A DNA stretch of 64,000 nt from positions 56,046 to 120,045 of the forward strand of contig CAVTCR010000026.1 of the NCBI GenBank assembly GCA_963733195.1. The letters run 5' to 3'. The notes below the pieces were generated by a model that was given only the letters and a program-made list of their open reading frames with translations, was not told the origin of the DNA and searched no databases. The position numbers were made by a program, and so were the translations under genes. The DNA is from an uncultured delta proteobacterium (GTDB taxonomy: Bacteria > Desulfobacterota > Binatia > Bin18). Below, one piece after another: positions 19,852 to 30,821 of the stretch. Position 1 is the stretch's first letter; each line of letters opens with the position of its first letter.

Positions 19852-20987
19852 TCACTCCCTCATCCCTATCACGTTGAAGGTAGGTACAGGGTTACGGAAC
19901 CCCTTAAGAGAAAGTTCTTCTGTGGGTTCAGCCTCTACCAATCCTCTACCGCCGTATAAACTCGTTGACTAATGAGGATTTGTCCACCCTGAGCTTTATC
20001 ACACAGGCGAGCAGCGAGATTCGTCACTGGACCTATCGCACCATAATCAATGCGGCCTTCAAATCCGATCATTCCCAGAGTGGCATACCCTTGGGCGATA
20101 CCGACCCCGAAACCCAGATGATGTCCGCGTTTTCGCCACCTCTCGATTAACTCACTCATCTGCTGCCGCATGGCAATAGCCATCTGCACAGCCTGTACGG
20201 CATGGTCTGGACAAGGGAGGGGGTCGTTGAAGAAAACCATCAAGCCATCGCCGGCAAAGCGCTCAAGTGTACCCTCGAAGCGGAAGATCTGGGTCCCCAG
20301 AGTGCTGTGATACTCTCGCAGAACTCCCATTACTTCTTCGGGCTCGGCTATTTCAGAGAACGCCGTAAACCCTCGCAGGTCGCAGAAGACGACAGTGATC
20401 TCTCGTCGGTGGCTCTCCAGGAGTTTCTCTCCTCCCGCAGAAACAACGAGTTCGGCCAGCTGCGGAGAGAAAAACCGCTTCAGCCGTCCGACGCGTTCCA
20501 GTTCAGCGAGTTGCTCTTCTACCCGTTGTTCGAGTGTCCGGTTCCAGTCTGCCAACTGCGTCGACTGCGTTTCAAGGTGCGTGGCTTGCTCCTGGACCGT
20601 GTCGTGGAGCGCTTTGATCCGCAGCATCGACTTGACCCTGGCGACCAGGGCCGCTTGGTCTATGGGTTTCGTCAAATATTCTTCGGCGCCCGCCTCCAGA
20701 CCAGCGACGACATCCTTTGAGTCCGCCTTGGCCGTGACCAGAATGATTGGCATGAAGGGGAGAGAGGCGTCTGCTTTGAGGTGGCGACAGACGTCGATCC
20801 CATCTATCTTAGGCATCATGATGTCTAGCAAGATCAAGTCTGGTTGTTGGGCTGTCGCAACTGCCAGGGCTTCCTCACCGTTAGTCGCGGTGAGGATCTC
20901 ATAACCGTGGACACTCAAACGGGTCTGGAGAATATCCAGGTTCATTGGTTCATCATCTACGATGAGAATGCGTGGTGGGGTTCTCAC
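19852..20987 (-). CDS. Response regulator-fused class III adenylate/guanylate cyclase (frameshift near 19937)
   Basis: REC domain (ILIVDD, DLILLDIMMP, YLTKP); FCDLRGFT, AGDG and NLAARL motifs; C-terminal LSLKGF in a shifted frame ending at 19852. Confidence 0.9.
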
Positions 20988-21348
20988 GGTAGATACTCGC
21001 GAACTTTGGCCAACAGCGCGCGTGGACTGAAAGGTTTTGAGACATAGGCATCACAACCAGCCTCGAACGCTTTGACGTCGTCCCCGCTCAGCGCATACGA
21101 GGTCACAACAATGATCGGGATGTGACGGAGCGTAGGGTTGGCTTTAATTCGCCGCGTCGCTTCGTAACCATCGAGCCCAGGCAGTTGGATGTCCATGAGG
21201 ATCAGGTCAGGAACGTGGGTTTCGGCTGCCGCCACGCCGGCTTCTCCTGTCACTGCCTCAATGATTTCATAGCCAACACTTGTGAGCAGATCCGCACAAT
21301 GCGCCGGTTATCCTCTTCGTCCTCGACAACCAAAACCCGCTTGCTCAT
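20984..21348 (-). CDS. Single-domain response regulator (DivK-like), frameshifted
   Basis: [10 protein letters not shown] at 21348; [10 protein letters not shown] and YVSKP motifs. Confidence 0.88.
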
Positions 21349-22863
21349 GTCGCCTCCCTTTGCTGTTCGACACGAACCGGCAGCGTGAACCGGAAGGTCG
21401 AGCCGTTCCCCATGCTTGATTCCACCCAGATACGTCCGCCATGCAGCTCGATAATTTTTTTGGCGATGCTCAGACCAAGGCCGGTGCCACCCTTTTTTCG
21501 GGTACTCGAACTGTCAGCCTGGTGGAATTCCTCGAAGACTTTCTGCTTGATCGGCTTCCGCGATCCCTGTCCCAGTGTCAGACACCGCGACCACAAATGT
21601 GCCGTTCTCTGAACTCACCTGTACGCCGACCTTGCCGACCTCAGTGAATTTGATGGCATTTCCCACAAGGTTCGTGAGCACTTGCGTGATGCGTTGCTCA
21701 TCGCCTTTACCCACTGGCAAGTCAGGCTGTACGTTTACGTTCAAGACGAGCTGTTTCTCCGCTGCCAGTGGTTCCACAGCTGTGTAGACGGTCTGCACAA
21801 CCCCTGGCATCGAATAATCAGCGAGAGAGAGCGTCAGCCGTCCTGCCTCAATCTTGGAGAGGTCCAGGACGGCGTTGATCAGGCCGAGGAGACGATGGCC
21901 GCTTTGTTGTATGCGCTCCATGATCTCTTTGATTTTCTCCGGTACCTCGCCATAAATGCCGTCCATAATAAGTTCGGTATAGCCTTGGATGCCATTGAGG
22001 GGAGTGCGCAGTTCGTGGCTCATGTTAGCGAGGAATTGGGATTTGTGACGGTTCGCAGCCTCGATCTGCTGATAGAGTTGCCTCAGCTCTTCGTTCATGC
22101 GGTTCAGATTGGCCGCGAGGGTGCCGAGTTCATCCCGATTTGGCACCTCAACTCGATGAGAGAAGTCACCCGTGGCGATCTGCCGGAGTTGCACGTCCAT
22201 TTGCTTGACTGGTCCAATCAGCGACCACGAGATCGCGTAGCCGAGGATGAGAGCCAAGCCGATGCTCCCAACTGCGAATCCGATGATCACCCAACGAGCA
22301 GTGAGGTACGCAGCATGGCTGACCTCGACGCGTGCCACCATATCAGATTCGGCCTTGTTCACGAGCTCATTGGTGAGGCGCTCGAGGCGGTCTGCCAAAG
22401 GGCTTGCCTTGGCAAGTTGTAGTTCTCGACCTTCAGCGACCTTCCCGCCACGGATCAATTCGACGACAGTGGTCACGACCTGAATGAACTGGGTATACTC
22501 TTGCTGGACCCGGTCGAACAACTCAACCTCATCCTGCTCCACGAACTGGAGCCGGTCGAGGTCATAGCCAAATTGATTGAGTTGGCGAAGCGTTGCTTCG
22601 AGCGTCCGCTCATCCGGCGCCAAAAGAGTCGAGGCAACGCTGTAGAGCTGTCCGGTGGTGTCGTGCTGGAGCTGGCGGTAAGCGGCGATCTTGCGGTGGA
22701 GTTCCACCATCTCCTCGGCGCGGCGGTTCGCTTCGCCCAGCACATGAAGGCCAATGACTCCAACCATTATGAGCAGCACCACCATAGCCAGGAAAGCCGC
22801 CAAGAGCTTGGCGTGGACAGTGGCTGGGATGCGTGCGACCAGTCGAGGCAACCAGTCTGTCAT
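21345..22863 (-). CDS. Membrane sensor histidine kinase (periplasmic helical domain, HAMP, HisKA, HATPase), frameshift near 21550
   Basis: Two TM helices; NRDELG; SHELRTPLN; NAIKFT; DTGTGI; GTGLGL. Confidence 0.92.
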
Positions 22864-22928
22864 CGTGGGCTTTACTTAAGAATTTCTAAATACGATCGTT
22901 CCAGATGTTCATGCTTCTACCAGTTTTT

Positions 22929-24090
22929 TCATCCAGTCCATTGAGTATCGCCGTTCACCCTTCGACAATTCAGGGCGAACGGGGTAATGGGTGCGGGAAG
23001 AAAAACCGTTCGTGCTGAGCCTGTCGAAGCACGAACAGCTAGTGGCACGATTGAATTCGTCAACCCTTCTTCCTTTCTGATCTCATTGAGAAAGCGCCAG
23101 TCGGTACCCTCGGCGATGATCTTCTGTGGGCTGCTCTTGATCATCCCCACCTCATGGAGGCGCAGGGCGTAGAAGCGTACGGTGTCCTCAGGGTCGTACT
23201 CCCGCCACTTGCCATAGGGGATCTCCTTCAGCGTCTGGAGGGCGTGGTCGTAGCTTGTCGTGAAGCCCTTGTCCACAAGAAGCCGGGCGGCCCGTTCTGG
23301 TTCCAGCGCACAGATTCGGTTCGCTTTCAGAATGGCGCGCAGCGCCCGCTTGGTGGCCACCGGATGCTTCCGGACGAAGTCTCGATTCCCGACCACCATG
23401 CAGCAGAAGTACTGGGACCAGGGCCGGTCCTGCGTGGCGTTGACCACCACGTGCACGTGATCCATCTGCTTCGCCCGGAGTTCCTGCGGTTCCGGTGGGA
23501 AGCCCAGAAAGGCATCGATCTTCCTGTCGGCGAGGAGCTGCATCGCCTCAGCCGAGGGGTATGTCGACCCAGTGGATGTCCCTGCGGGGGTCCAGGCCCA
23601 CATACGCCGCAATGCTGGCGAGGAAGACGTGCTGGGGGGACCCCAGCTCGAGCACGGCGACGGTCTTCCCCTTCAAGTCGTGGATCGCGCGGACTCGCTC
23701 GGTCCCGAACAGCTCGAAGCAGCCGACGTGGCCCCCCGCCAGGATAACGATCTGGGTCCCCCGCATCCACCCGGATGATGACCGGCGCGGCGAATTGCAT
23801 GCTGATGTTAGCCTCGCCAGAGGCCAGGGCCGACTCGACCCCTGACGGTTTCCCCTTTCTTGACGTATTGCACCTCGGTGAACCCCTCGCTCCGCAACAA
23901 CTCTTCGGCCACATACTGCGGCGCTTCGCAGATGCCGCGTGGGTATCTGGACCAACCTGAGCGTCGTCGTCTCCGGAGGCGGCTCCGCGGCGAGCGGCTC
24001 GGGTTTCAGGCCAAGAAGTCCCGCGGTTCCCGCCAGGGTCATCCCCAGGAACTCTCGCCGGCTCCAGCCTTCAGCTTGTCGCTTGTTCAT
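22929..24090 (-). CDS. Tat-exported NitT/TauT-type ABC solute-binding protein, copy 1 (several indels)
   Basis: SRREFL; GGHVGCFELFG; DLKGKTVAV; PWSQYFCC; TDWRFLNE. Confidence 0.8.
22951..23038. repeat. Pair of REP-like hairpins (ccgttc...tcga...gaac family)
   Basis: ccgttcacccttcgacaattcagggcgaacgg and ccgttcgtgctgagcctgtcgaagcacgaacag, in inverted orientation. Confidence 0.75.
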
Positions 24091-24098
24091 GGGACACC

Positions 24099-24599
24099 TC
24101 AATCCGGCCAGAATTCACTGTCCATCACCTGCTCTACGGTAAATGGACAATGAATTGGGAAGATCTCTCCACTCAGTCCGGTCTCGTCAATCGCATCGGC
24201 CCGAGCGGCTACGTATTCATCCTCAAGCATTTGGGGGATATATCCCGTCAAGCTCGGACTATCGCGCAGGAGTTTTTGGATCTCGATTCGTCCGTTACGA
24301 ATAGACTGCCGCCAGGAAGCTCCGCGTTTCTCTGACTGAGAGCGCCATTTGAGCAGATGCAGTGTAACGTTCCGAAGGTGGCTCTCTAATGCCCGACGCT
24401 CACGTTTCCCCATGTCCTCTAGCTCCTCCGCGAGATGCGCAATATCAACCTCTGCAAAACGTCGCTGCCGCAGCAGCGCGGCGGTCATCATCGTCCAGGC
24501 GTAGAAATCCTCGTCATACAAGCATAACTCGGAGTGACGTGTGGTAGCGGCTGTACTCATGAGAAGATGTCTCCCCTCTGATGTTTCTTGCTGCTTCAC
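24099..24599 (-). CDS. DUF29 family protein
   Basis: LYDEDFYAW, LAEELEDMG, HLLKW, SW..SI, DSPSL and CPFTVEQ motifs. Confidence 0.88.
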   Translation of the reverse strand: MKQQETSEGRHLLMSTAATTRHSELCLYDEDFYAWTMMTAALLRQRRFAEVDIAHLAEELEDMGKRERRALESHLRNVTLHLLKWRSQSEKRGASWRQSIRNGRIEIQKLLRDSPSLTGYIPQMLEDEYVAARADAIDETGLSGEIFPIHCPFTVEQVMDSEFWPD

Positions 24600-24664
24600 T
24601 GTACGCTTTTTCTTCTTTTCCGACTATTCCTCGAGCGTGCATCGTGCGAGCATGATGCTCACGC

Positions 24665-25685
24665 TTATCCCTTCAACTCTTTCTTAATCTCATTGAGAAA
24701 GCGCCAGTCAGTGCCCTCAGTAATGATCTTCTGCGGGCTGCTCTTGATCATCCCAGCTCTCATGCAGGCGTAGGGCATAGAAGCGCACCGTATCTTCGGG
24801 GTTGTACTCTCGCCACTTGCCGTAAGGGATTTCTTTGAGCGCCTGGAGGAGGATGCTCGTAGTTGTCTGTGTAGCCCTTGCCTATGAGAAGCCGGGCAGC
24901 CTGCTCCGGCTCGCGGCCGCAAGATCCGCCCCCTTCAGAATCGCCCGCACTGCCCGCTTGGTGGCCACCGGATGCTTGCGCACGAACTCCCGGTTCCCGG
25001 CTACTATGCAGCAGAAATACTGCGACCAGGGTCGGTCGAGCGTGCCGTTGACCATCACGTGCCCGATATGCTTCGTCCGCAGTTCCTGTAGTTCTGGCGG
25101 AACGCCCATGAAGGCGTCGATCTTCCCCTCGGCGAGGAGCTGCATCGCCTCAGTTGGGGAATGCGTCACCCAGTTGATATCCTTCTGGGGGTCCAGGCCC
25201 ACGTAAGCCGCCATGCTGGCGATGAAGGTGATAGGGCCACTTCGCAGCTCGGGCACGGCAACAGTCTTCCCTTTCAGGTCGCGGACCGCGCGGACCTGAT
25301 CGGTCCCGAACAGCTCAAAGCAACCGATGTGGCCCCCCGCTAAGATAACGATCGGGTCCCCCGCGTCTAGCCGAATGACGGCATCCGGTACGAAGCACAT
25401 GTTAATGTTAGTCTCGCCAGAGGCCAGAGCTACCTCAAACTCGCGGGCGCCTTCTTTCTTGGCGTATTGCACCTCGGTAAAGCCCTCGTCCCGCAGGAGT
25501 TGTTCGGCCACGTACTGGGGGCCTGACAGAGGTCGCCGGGGTCGTGCCAACCTGAGCGTCGTTGTCTCCGGCGGCGGCTCCGCGGCGAGCGGCTCAGGTT
25601 TCAGCCAAGAAGTCCTGCGGTCCCGGCAAGGGCCAAACCCCCAGGAACTCCGCCGGCTTAAGCCTTGAGGGTGTCGCTGATTCAC
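24665..25685 (-). CDS. NitT/TauT-type ABC solute-binding protein, copy 2 (several indels)
   Basis: Paralog of 22929-24090: EPPPETTTLRL, GGHIGCFELFG, PWSQYFCC, TDWRFLNEIKKELKG. Confidence 0.8.
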
Positions 25686-25862
25686 AGGGGGCTCCTTTTC
25701 CTTTCTGTCTGTCCTGCCATATGTTTCCCCAGTTTATTGATTCCTCTTCTGATGTCATTCAGTGTGAGGAATTATCCTGCCAAGGAGCAAAGTCTGTCAA
25801 TAACAAAGAGGGTTTCTTTGATGGCCAAGCTCCTTACTAAATATCCCTGGCTGCTTCGTGTT

Positions 25863-26972
25863 CTAGCGCCAGAGTGACTTCTGTACGTACCGCCGCATCT
25901 GTTTCTCGGTCACGATGGTGCTGCAAAGCGTCTCTTGCTGATGTTCTGCGAACTGTCCCAACGCCCACGCAGCGTGACTGCGGACTAACGGTTCTGGGTC
26001 GTGCAACGCGGTCTGCAAAGAAGGGATCGCTTCGGGATTCCCACTATTGCCAAGCGCGATCGCGACGTTGCGCAACAAACCACGACGTTTTGTTCGGCGA
26101 ATAGCACTACGACCAAAGCGAGTACGAAATCCGGCTTCGTCAAGCGCTATCAAGTTCTGTGAGTGAAGGAAATAGTTCCTCAACGAGTTCTTCTCGTGGC
26201 TGGGAAAACTTTTCGTTCCACGGACATACTTCTTGGCACACGTCACAGCCAAAGATCCAGTTGCCCATTTTCGGGCGTAATTCGTGCGGTATTGCTCCTC
26301 GATGTTCAATCGTGAGATAGGAGATGCAGAATGGGGCTTTGAGGATATAGCCTTCTCGAATGCCCCAGTCGGACAATCTGTGAGACAACGTGTACATTTG
26401 CCACAATGCGCCTGCGGGATGCCTTCTCCTTCAAGTTCAAGACTCACAAGGATTTCTGCGAGAAAGAACCAAGAGCCGACTCCTTTACGCAGTAACATGG
26501 TGTTCTTGCCAAACCAGCCAAGTCCGCTGCGATACGCCCATTCGCGCTCGAATAACGGACCGGTATCGACATACGGTCGTGCCCAGAGACCAGGGACTGT
26601 TTCGTGGAGACATGTCACAAGTGTGTTCAGCTTGGCCTGAATAGTTTCGTGATAGTCGACTCCCGCGGCATAGGCGGCAATCCTCCCGCGTAACTCAGAT
26701 CGCCAGTCAATCTCTGGTACACGAGGTGGGGAATACGGATAGCCTAGGCAAATGACGCTTTTGGCTTGGGGAAAAGGGAGGGCTGGATCAATGCGACGTT
26801 GTGGATCGCGGGCAAGATACGTCATTTCTCCTGCATGTCCCTGTGCTAGCCAATTAGTGAAAAATTGTTCGCGGGGAAGGGGAGAGAGCCGCACAAACCC
26901 ACACAATGTAAAGCCTAACGCTGCGGCCTGGCTCTGAATCTGCTTTTCCAGCGACACAGTTTTGTGTAGCAT
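25863..26972 (-). CDS. queG: tRNA epoxyqueuosine reductase QueG (internal compensating frameshifts)
   Basis: [48 protein letters not shown] (shifted frame) and HEAT-like C-terminus. Confidence 0.9.
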   Translation of the reverse strand: MLHKTVSLEKQIQSQAAALGFTLCGFVRLSPLPREQFFTNWLAQGHAGEMTYLARDPQRRIDPALPFPQAKSVICLGYPYSPPRVPEIDWRSELRGRIAAYAAGVDYHETIQAKLNTLVTCLHETVPGLWARPYVDTGPLFEREWAYRSGLGWFGKNTMLLRKGVGSWFFLAEILVSLELEGEGIPQAHCGKCTRCLTDCPTGAFEKAISSKPHSASPISRLNIEEQYRTNYARKWATGSLAVTCAKKYVRGTKSFPSHEKNSLRNYFLHSQNLIALDEAGFRTRFGRSAIRRTKRRGLLRNVAIALGNSGNPEAIPSLQTALHDPEPLVRSHAAWALGQFAEHQQETLCSTIVTEKQMRRYVQKSLWR

Positions 26973-27059
26973 GGAAGACTAGGGTGGAAAAAGGGATTGA
27001 CTCCCTGAGAGCAAAACCTTATCTCTAAAGACAGTCCGATTGTTCGTGAGGAGGACAGA

Positions 27060-27455
27060 ATGTCGCACGAAGCGCACGAAATGCACGAAGAAGAACTGCA
27101 AATCAAAGCCCCTGAGGGGGTTCCACTACTTTTGACCGATGAGGCCGTAGAAAAAGTGAAAGAAGTCATGAACAGAGAAGGACTGAAGGACGGCGGGCTG
27201 CGCGTCTCCATCGTCGGCGGTGGTTGCTCTGGATTTCAGTACAATCTCGGCCTTGATGACAGCCCGCGGGAAGATGACATGATCATTGAACAGGGTGGAG
27301 TCAGGCTGTTCGTTGATCCGATTAGCCAACAGTATGTGTATGGCACGACCATCGATTATGTGAACGGCTTACATGGCGCTGGGTTCAAATTCGTTAATCC
27401 CAATGCCGCTCGCACCTGTGGCTGTGGGTCGTCGTTCTCGACCGAAGGGGAATAA
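27060..27455 (+). CDS. A-type Fe-S carrier (ErpA/IscA/HesB family)
   Basis: GGGCSGFQY and NPNA..TCGCGSSF motifs. Confidence 0.93.
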   Translation: MSHEAHEMHEEELQIKAPEGVPLLLTDEAVEKVKEVMNREGLKDGGLRVSIVGGGCSGFQYNLGLDDSPREDDMIIEQGGVRLFVDPISQQYVYGTTIDYVNGLHGAGFKFVNPNAARTCGCGSSFSTEGE

Positions 27456-27494
27456 CCTTTACCCTAGGAGCACATCTGCGACCTTAACGTACCA

Positions 27495-27572
27495 TGTCAT
27501 TGCGAGCGAAGCGAAGCAATCTCATTTCCAAGACAGAGATTGCTTCGTCGCCTACAGCTCCTCGCAATGACA
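27495..27572. repeat. REP-like palindromic element
   Basis: tgtcattgcgag...cgaagcaatctc...gagattgcttcg...ctcgcaatgaca. Confidence 0.8.
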
Positions 27573-27683
27573 CTTCCTTCTCAGTTTGCGAACGCGACCT
27601 AATCCTTTTTCTCTTTGAGAGAAAGTTCGATTGAAGAGCAGGGAATCTGGGCATGGATAATCTCCATGCCTTTTTGTTTGTTT

Positions 27684-28334
27684 ATGTCTCGTTTTATCCA
27701 CCTGATCTTTGATCTTGATGGGACATTGGTCGATACCAAGGCCGATCTGGCTGCGGCAACAAATTACATGCTGCAAGCGCTCGATTTACCGGCACTGACC
27801 GTGTCGCAGGTCGAGCATTACATTGGTGATGGCGCTCGAGTGCTAGTTGAGCGTGCGCTCGGACCGAACCACAGCTTCCTTGTTGATCAAGGTCTTGCCA
27901 TCTTTCTAGAGTATTACTCCGAGCATTTACTTGCCCACACGCGACCCTATGAAGGTATCGAAATTCTTCTCGAAGACGCACAAGCACATGGCAGGGTACT
28001 CTCGATACTGACGAACAAACCCGAAGCACCAAGCCGTGCGATCCTCTCAGGCTTAGGAATCGCGAAGTATTTTATGGCGGTTATTGGTGGTGACACACTT
28101 CGAGTGAGGAAACCAGACCCACAAGGCATTATTTATTTGCAGCAGTTGACGGGAATTCCACTTGAGCAAACCCTGCTTATTGGTGATTCACGGATTGATG
28201 TGGAAACCGGCAGAGCCGCAGGGATCGCAACGTGTGGGGTCACATGGGGATTTGGTGCGGAGGGCTTGGTGACGACTCCGCCTGAATTCGTTGCCTCCTC
28301 GGCAAAGGAATTGCGGCAGGTAATCTTCGGATAG
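27684..28334 (+). CDS. gph: HAD-family phosphoglycolate phosphatase-like protein
   Basis: FDLDGTLVD, LTNKP, RKPDP and IGDS..D motifs. Confidence 0.82.
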   Translation: MSRFIHLIFDLDGTLVDTKADLAAATNYMLQALDLPALTVSQVEHYIGDGARVLVERALGPNHSFLVDQGLAIFLEYYSEHLLAHTRPYEGIEILLEDAQAHGRVLSILTNKPEAPSRAILSGLGIAKYFMAVIGGDTLRVRKPDPQGIIYLQQLTGIPLEQTLLIGDSRIDVETGRAAGIATCGVTWGFGAEGLVTTPPEFVASSAKELRQVIFG

Positions 28335-28450
28335 GAAAATCAAAAAGCAAAAGGCAAAGATCAAAAAGCAAAAATAAAGAATAGAACCGTCTTACTTTTC
28401 TGTCGTTTTCGTTGTTCTTATTCTTAATTCTTCATTTTTCATTCTTCATT
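28335..28450. repeat. ~7-nt-period tandem repeats between convergent gph and folP
   Basis: aatcaaaaagcaaaaggcaaagatcaaaaagcaaaa ... ttcttattcttaattcttcatttttcattcttcatt. Confidence 0.65.
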
Positions 28451-28454
28451 GCCG

Positions 28455-29327
28455 CTAATCGCGGCGCAGCCACTCCGCCATCCTTACTGCTTCGACGGTT
28501 TCCTTCACATCGTGTGCTCTGATGATATGCGCACCGTTGTAGACGGCGATGGCTGCGCAGGACAAAGATCCGACAAGACGATCCGCAGGGTTCGGTTGAT
28601 TGAGAATCTTGCCAATAAACGACTTGCGCGAGACGCCGACGAGTAACGGGAATCCTAACTCTCGTAAGTCAGCAAGGTCGCGAAGCACGACTCGATCCCA
28701 TTCGTGCCATGGGATGTCTGGCTGACGAAAGAAGCCAACGCCTGGGTCGAGTACGATGTGGTCACGGATAATGTTCGCCCGTGCCGCAATCTGGAGACTG
28801 TCTTCTAACGCAGTACGAACGCGGTGCATTGGGGTGCCTTGCTGCGGCGTGGTTTCGCTTGCCATGAGGACAACTCCAGCATTGGCCGTGGCAACGACTT
28901 CAGCCATCTGTGGGTCGAACTTCAATCCTCCAACATCGTTGATGATCGTGGCTCCGGCAGCGAGTGCCGCACGAGCAGGAACGGCACGTTTGGTGTCGGC
29001 TGAAATAGGAATCGAGACGTGGGAGGCGATTGCACTTATCGCGCGTGTCAATCGCTCACTTTCTTCTTCTGCAGAAATTGCAGTTTTTAGGTAGGGAGCG
29101 GTGGACATCGCCCCAACGTCAATGATATTTGCTCCTGCATTGACCATGGCCTGCGCAATGTCGGTGAGGCGCTCGAGTTGGGTCTGTACAGAGCCCTGGT
29201 AGAATGACTCCGGACTGACGTTTAGTACGGCCATGACCCGGACTGGAACTCCATCACCGATTTCGAGCCCAGCGAGTTGTGACTGCTGTAATGGGGAAAC
29301 GCTACGCATGCTGATGCAGTGTGGCAA
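28455..29327 (-). CDS. folP: Dihydropteroate synthase
   Basis: VLNVSPESF, IDVG..ST.P, INDV, LDPGVGF, GVSRKSF and RAHDV motifs. Confidence 0.93.
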   Translation of the reverse strand: MPHCISMRSVSPLQQSQLAGLEIGDGVPVRVMAVLNVSPESFYQGSVQTQLERLTDIAQAMVNAGANIIDVGAMSTAPYLKTAISAEEESERLTRAISAIASHVSIPISADTKRAVPARAALAAGATIINDVGGLKFDPQMAEVVATANAGVVLMASETTPQQGTPMHRVRTALEDSLQIAARANIIRDHIVLDPGVGFFRQPDIPWHEWDRVVLRDLADLRELGFPLLVGVSRKSFIGKILNQPNPADRLVGSLSCAAIAVYNGAHIIRAHDVKETVEAVRMAEWLRRD

Positions 29328-29432
29328 ATTTTTCTATACGAGGGAATGAGGAGTCTTGCAGGGTGCTTTTTTGCGTTGCGAGTCTGTAGCTTTTCTTCTA
29401 CACTGCCAGAGCCATAACAGAGGAGAAAATTC

Positions 29433-30053
29433 ATGATTAAGCTCTATGACTTTCCACAGAGCCCATATTGTCAGAAAGTTCGTCTCGTTCTTACGGAAAA
29501 AGATCTTTCCTACGACAAGGTTTTTGTCGACTTATTCAAGAACGAGCAAAAGAGTGCCGAGTTTTTACGCTTAAACCCGTATGGTAAAGTGCCAGTGCTA
29601 GTAGATGAGGATGAGATCGTCTACGACTCGACGATGATTAATGAGTATCTTGAAGATGAGTACCCGCATCCGCCGTTGATGCCCGAACAGTCCGGTGCGA
29701 AAGCGCGAGTCCGGATGTTGGAAGATTTTGCTGATAACTCGTTTACCGCGCAGGGCGGGTTCTTAGCTGCCGAGTTACGGAAACCTGCGGAACAAATTGA
29801 CCAAGATCGTGTGCAGCGTTATCGGGCTGATCTGGTCCGGGTGTTGGAATTTCTCGAACGACATCTTGAGGGCAAAGAGTACATGAGCGGGGTGTTCTCT
29901 GTTGCAGACTTGGCGTTCGTACCACGGTTGTTACAGATTCCCAAGCTAGGAGTTGAGATTCCAGCACGTTTAATTAACGTGCTGGCCTGGAGTGAGCGCA
30001 TCAAACGCCGCCCGTCAGTCAAACATCTGCAGCAAGAACTCGGATTAGTGTGA
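29433..30053 (+). CDS. Glutathione S-transferase family protein
   Basis: SPYCQKVR, NPYGKVPVL, DS..I.EYL and FSVADL motifs. Confidence 0.92.
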   Translation: MIKLYDFPQSPYCQKVRLVLTEKDLSYDKVFVDLFKNEQKSAEFLRLNPYGKVPVLVDEDEIVYDSTMINEYLEDEYPHPPLMPEQSGAKARVRMLEDFADNSFTAQGGFLAAELRKPAEQIDQDRVQRYRADLVRVLEFLERHLEGKEYMSGVFSVADLAFVPRLLQIPKLGVEIPARLINVLAWSERIKRRPSVKHLQQELGLV

Positions 30054-30096
30054 CACGACAGGTCCGGTTGTTGTCCGAGGAGAAAGAGAGGGGCAT

Positions 30097-30747
30097 ATGG
30101 TAGACCTGCCGTCGATTATTCCTATTTTCCCGCTCCCGAACGTAATCCTGTTTCCGCAAGTGATGTTGCCGCTGCATATCTTTGAGCCACGCTACCGCCG
30201 CATGGTGCGCGACGCGGAGACGCAAAGTCCGCCATTAATCGGCATGACACTCCTGCGCGGCAATTGGCAGGAGCAATACGAAGGAACGCCTGACATTTTC
30301 CCGATCGGTTGTGTCGGGGAAATGGTCCGCGTCAATCCGTTGCCTGATGGACGTTTTAATATCCTGCTGCAAGGGGTGCGCGAGTTTCAAGTTCTCGAAG
30401 AATCTGTCACTAAGAGTTATCGTGAAGCGAAAGTCGAATGGCGTTCATCTATGCGGGCATCGCTCGCGGACGGAGACCGTTCGCAGTTGCGTCGGCTTCT
30501 TGAACGCTACTTGCGGAATAATGAGAAAGTGCAGCAGTTTCTCACCGACCAGTCGATTGAAGACGAATTTCTGGTGAACTTTTTCGCGTTCCACTTGGAC
30601 TTTATGCCGATCGAAAAGCAGGGCTTGCTAGAAGCTGCGACGTTACCAGAACGGGCCGAACGCCTGTGCGATATGCTTGATTTTAAGCTCAGTGAGACAC
30701 AGTGGACTGACGGGGCAAGTGGTTCAGGGAAAACGCGATTACACTAA
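30097..30747 (+). CDS. LON peptidase substrate-binding (N-terminal) domain protein
   Basis: PIFPL..VILFP...LPLHIFEPRY, DGRFNI and EKQGLLE motifs. Confidence 0.88.
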   Translation: MVDLPSIIPIFPLPNVILFPQVMLPLHIFEPRYRRMVRDAETQSPPLIGMTLLRGNWQEQYEGTPDIFPIGCVGEMVRVNPLPDGRFNILLQGVREFQVLEESVTKSYREAKVEWRSSMRASLADGDRSQLRRLLERYLRNNEKVQQFLTDQSIEDEFLVNFFAFHLDFMPIEKQGLLEAATLPERAERLCDMLDFKLSETQWTDGASGSGKTRLH

Positions 30748-30753
30748 ACTGCC

Positions 30754-30781
30754 TTGACAAAGCGATCTTGCCCCATATAGT
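30754..30781 (+). promoter_or_regulatory. Sigma70-type promoter upstream of nuoI
   Basis: TTGACA-16 bp-TATAGT, 40 bp before the ATG at 30822. Confidence 0.55.
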
Positions 30782-30821
30782 GGACGCAAAAAACGCTACA
30801 TCTGACGCATAGATAGGACGC

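Noticed and set aside
21682-22422. Long plus-strand ORF (246 aa) and similar antisense ORFs over GC-rich genes
   Set aside because: These are shadow frames opposite well-supported genes (here the His kinase) and show no motifs.
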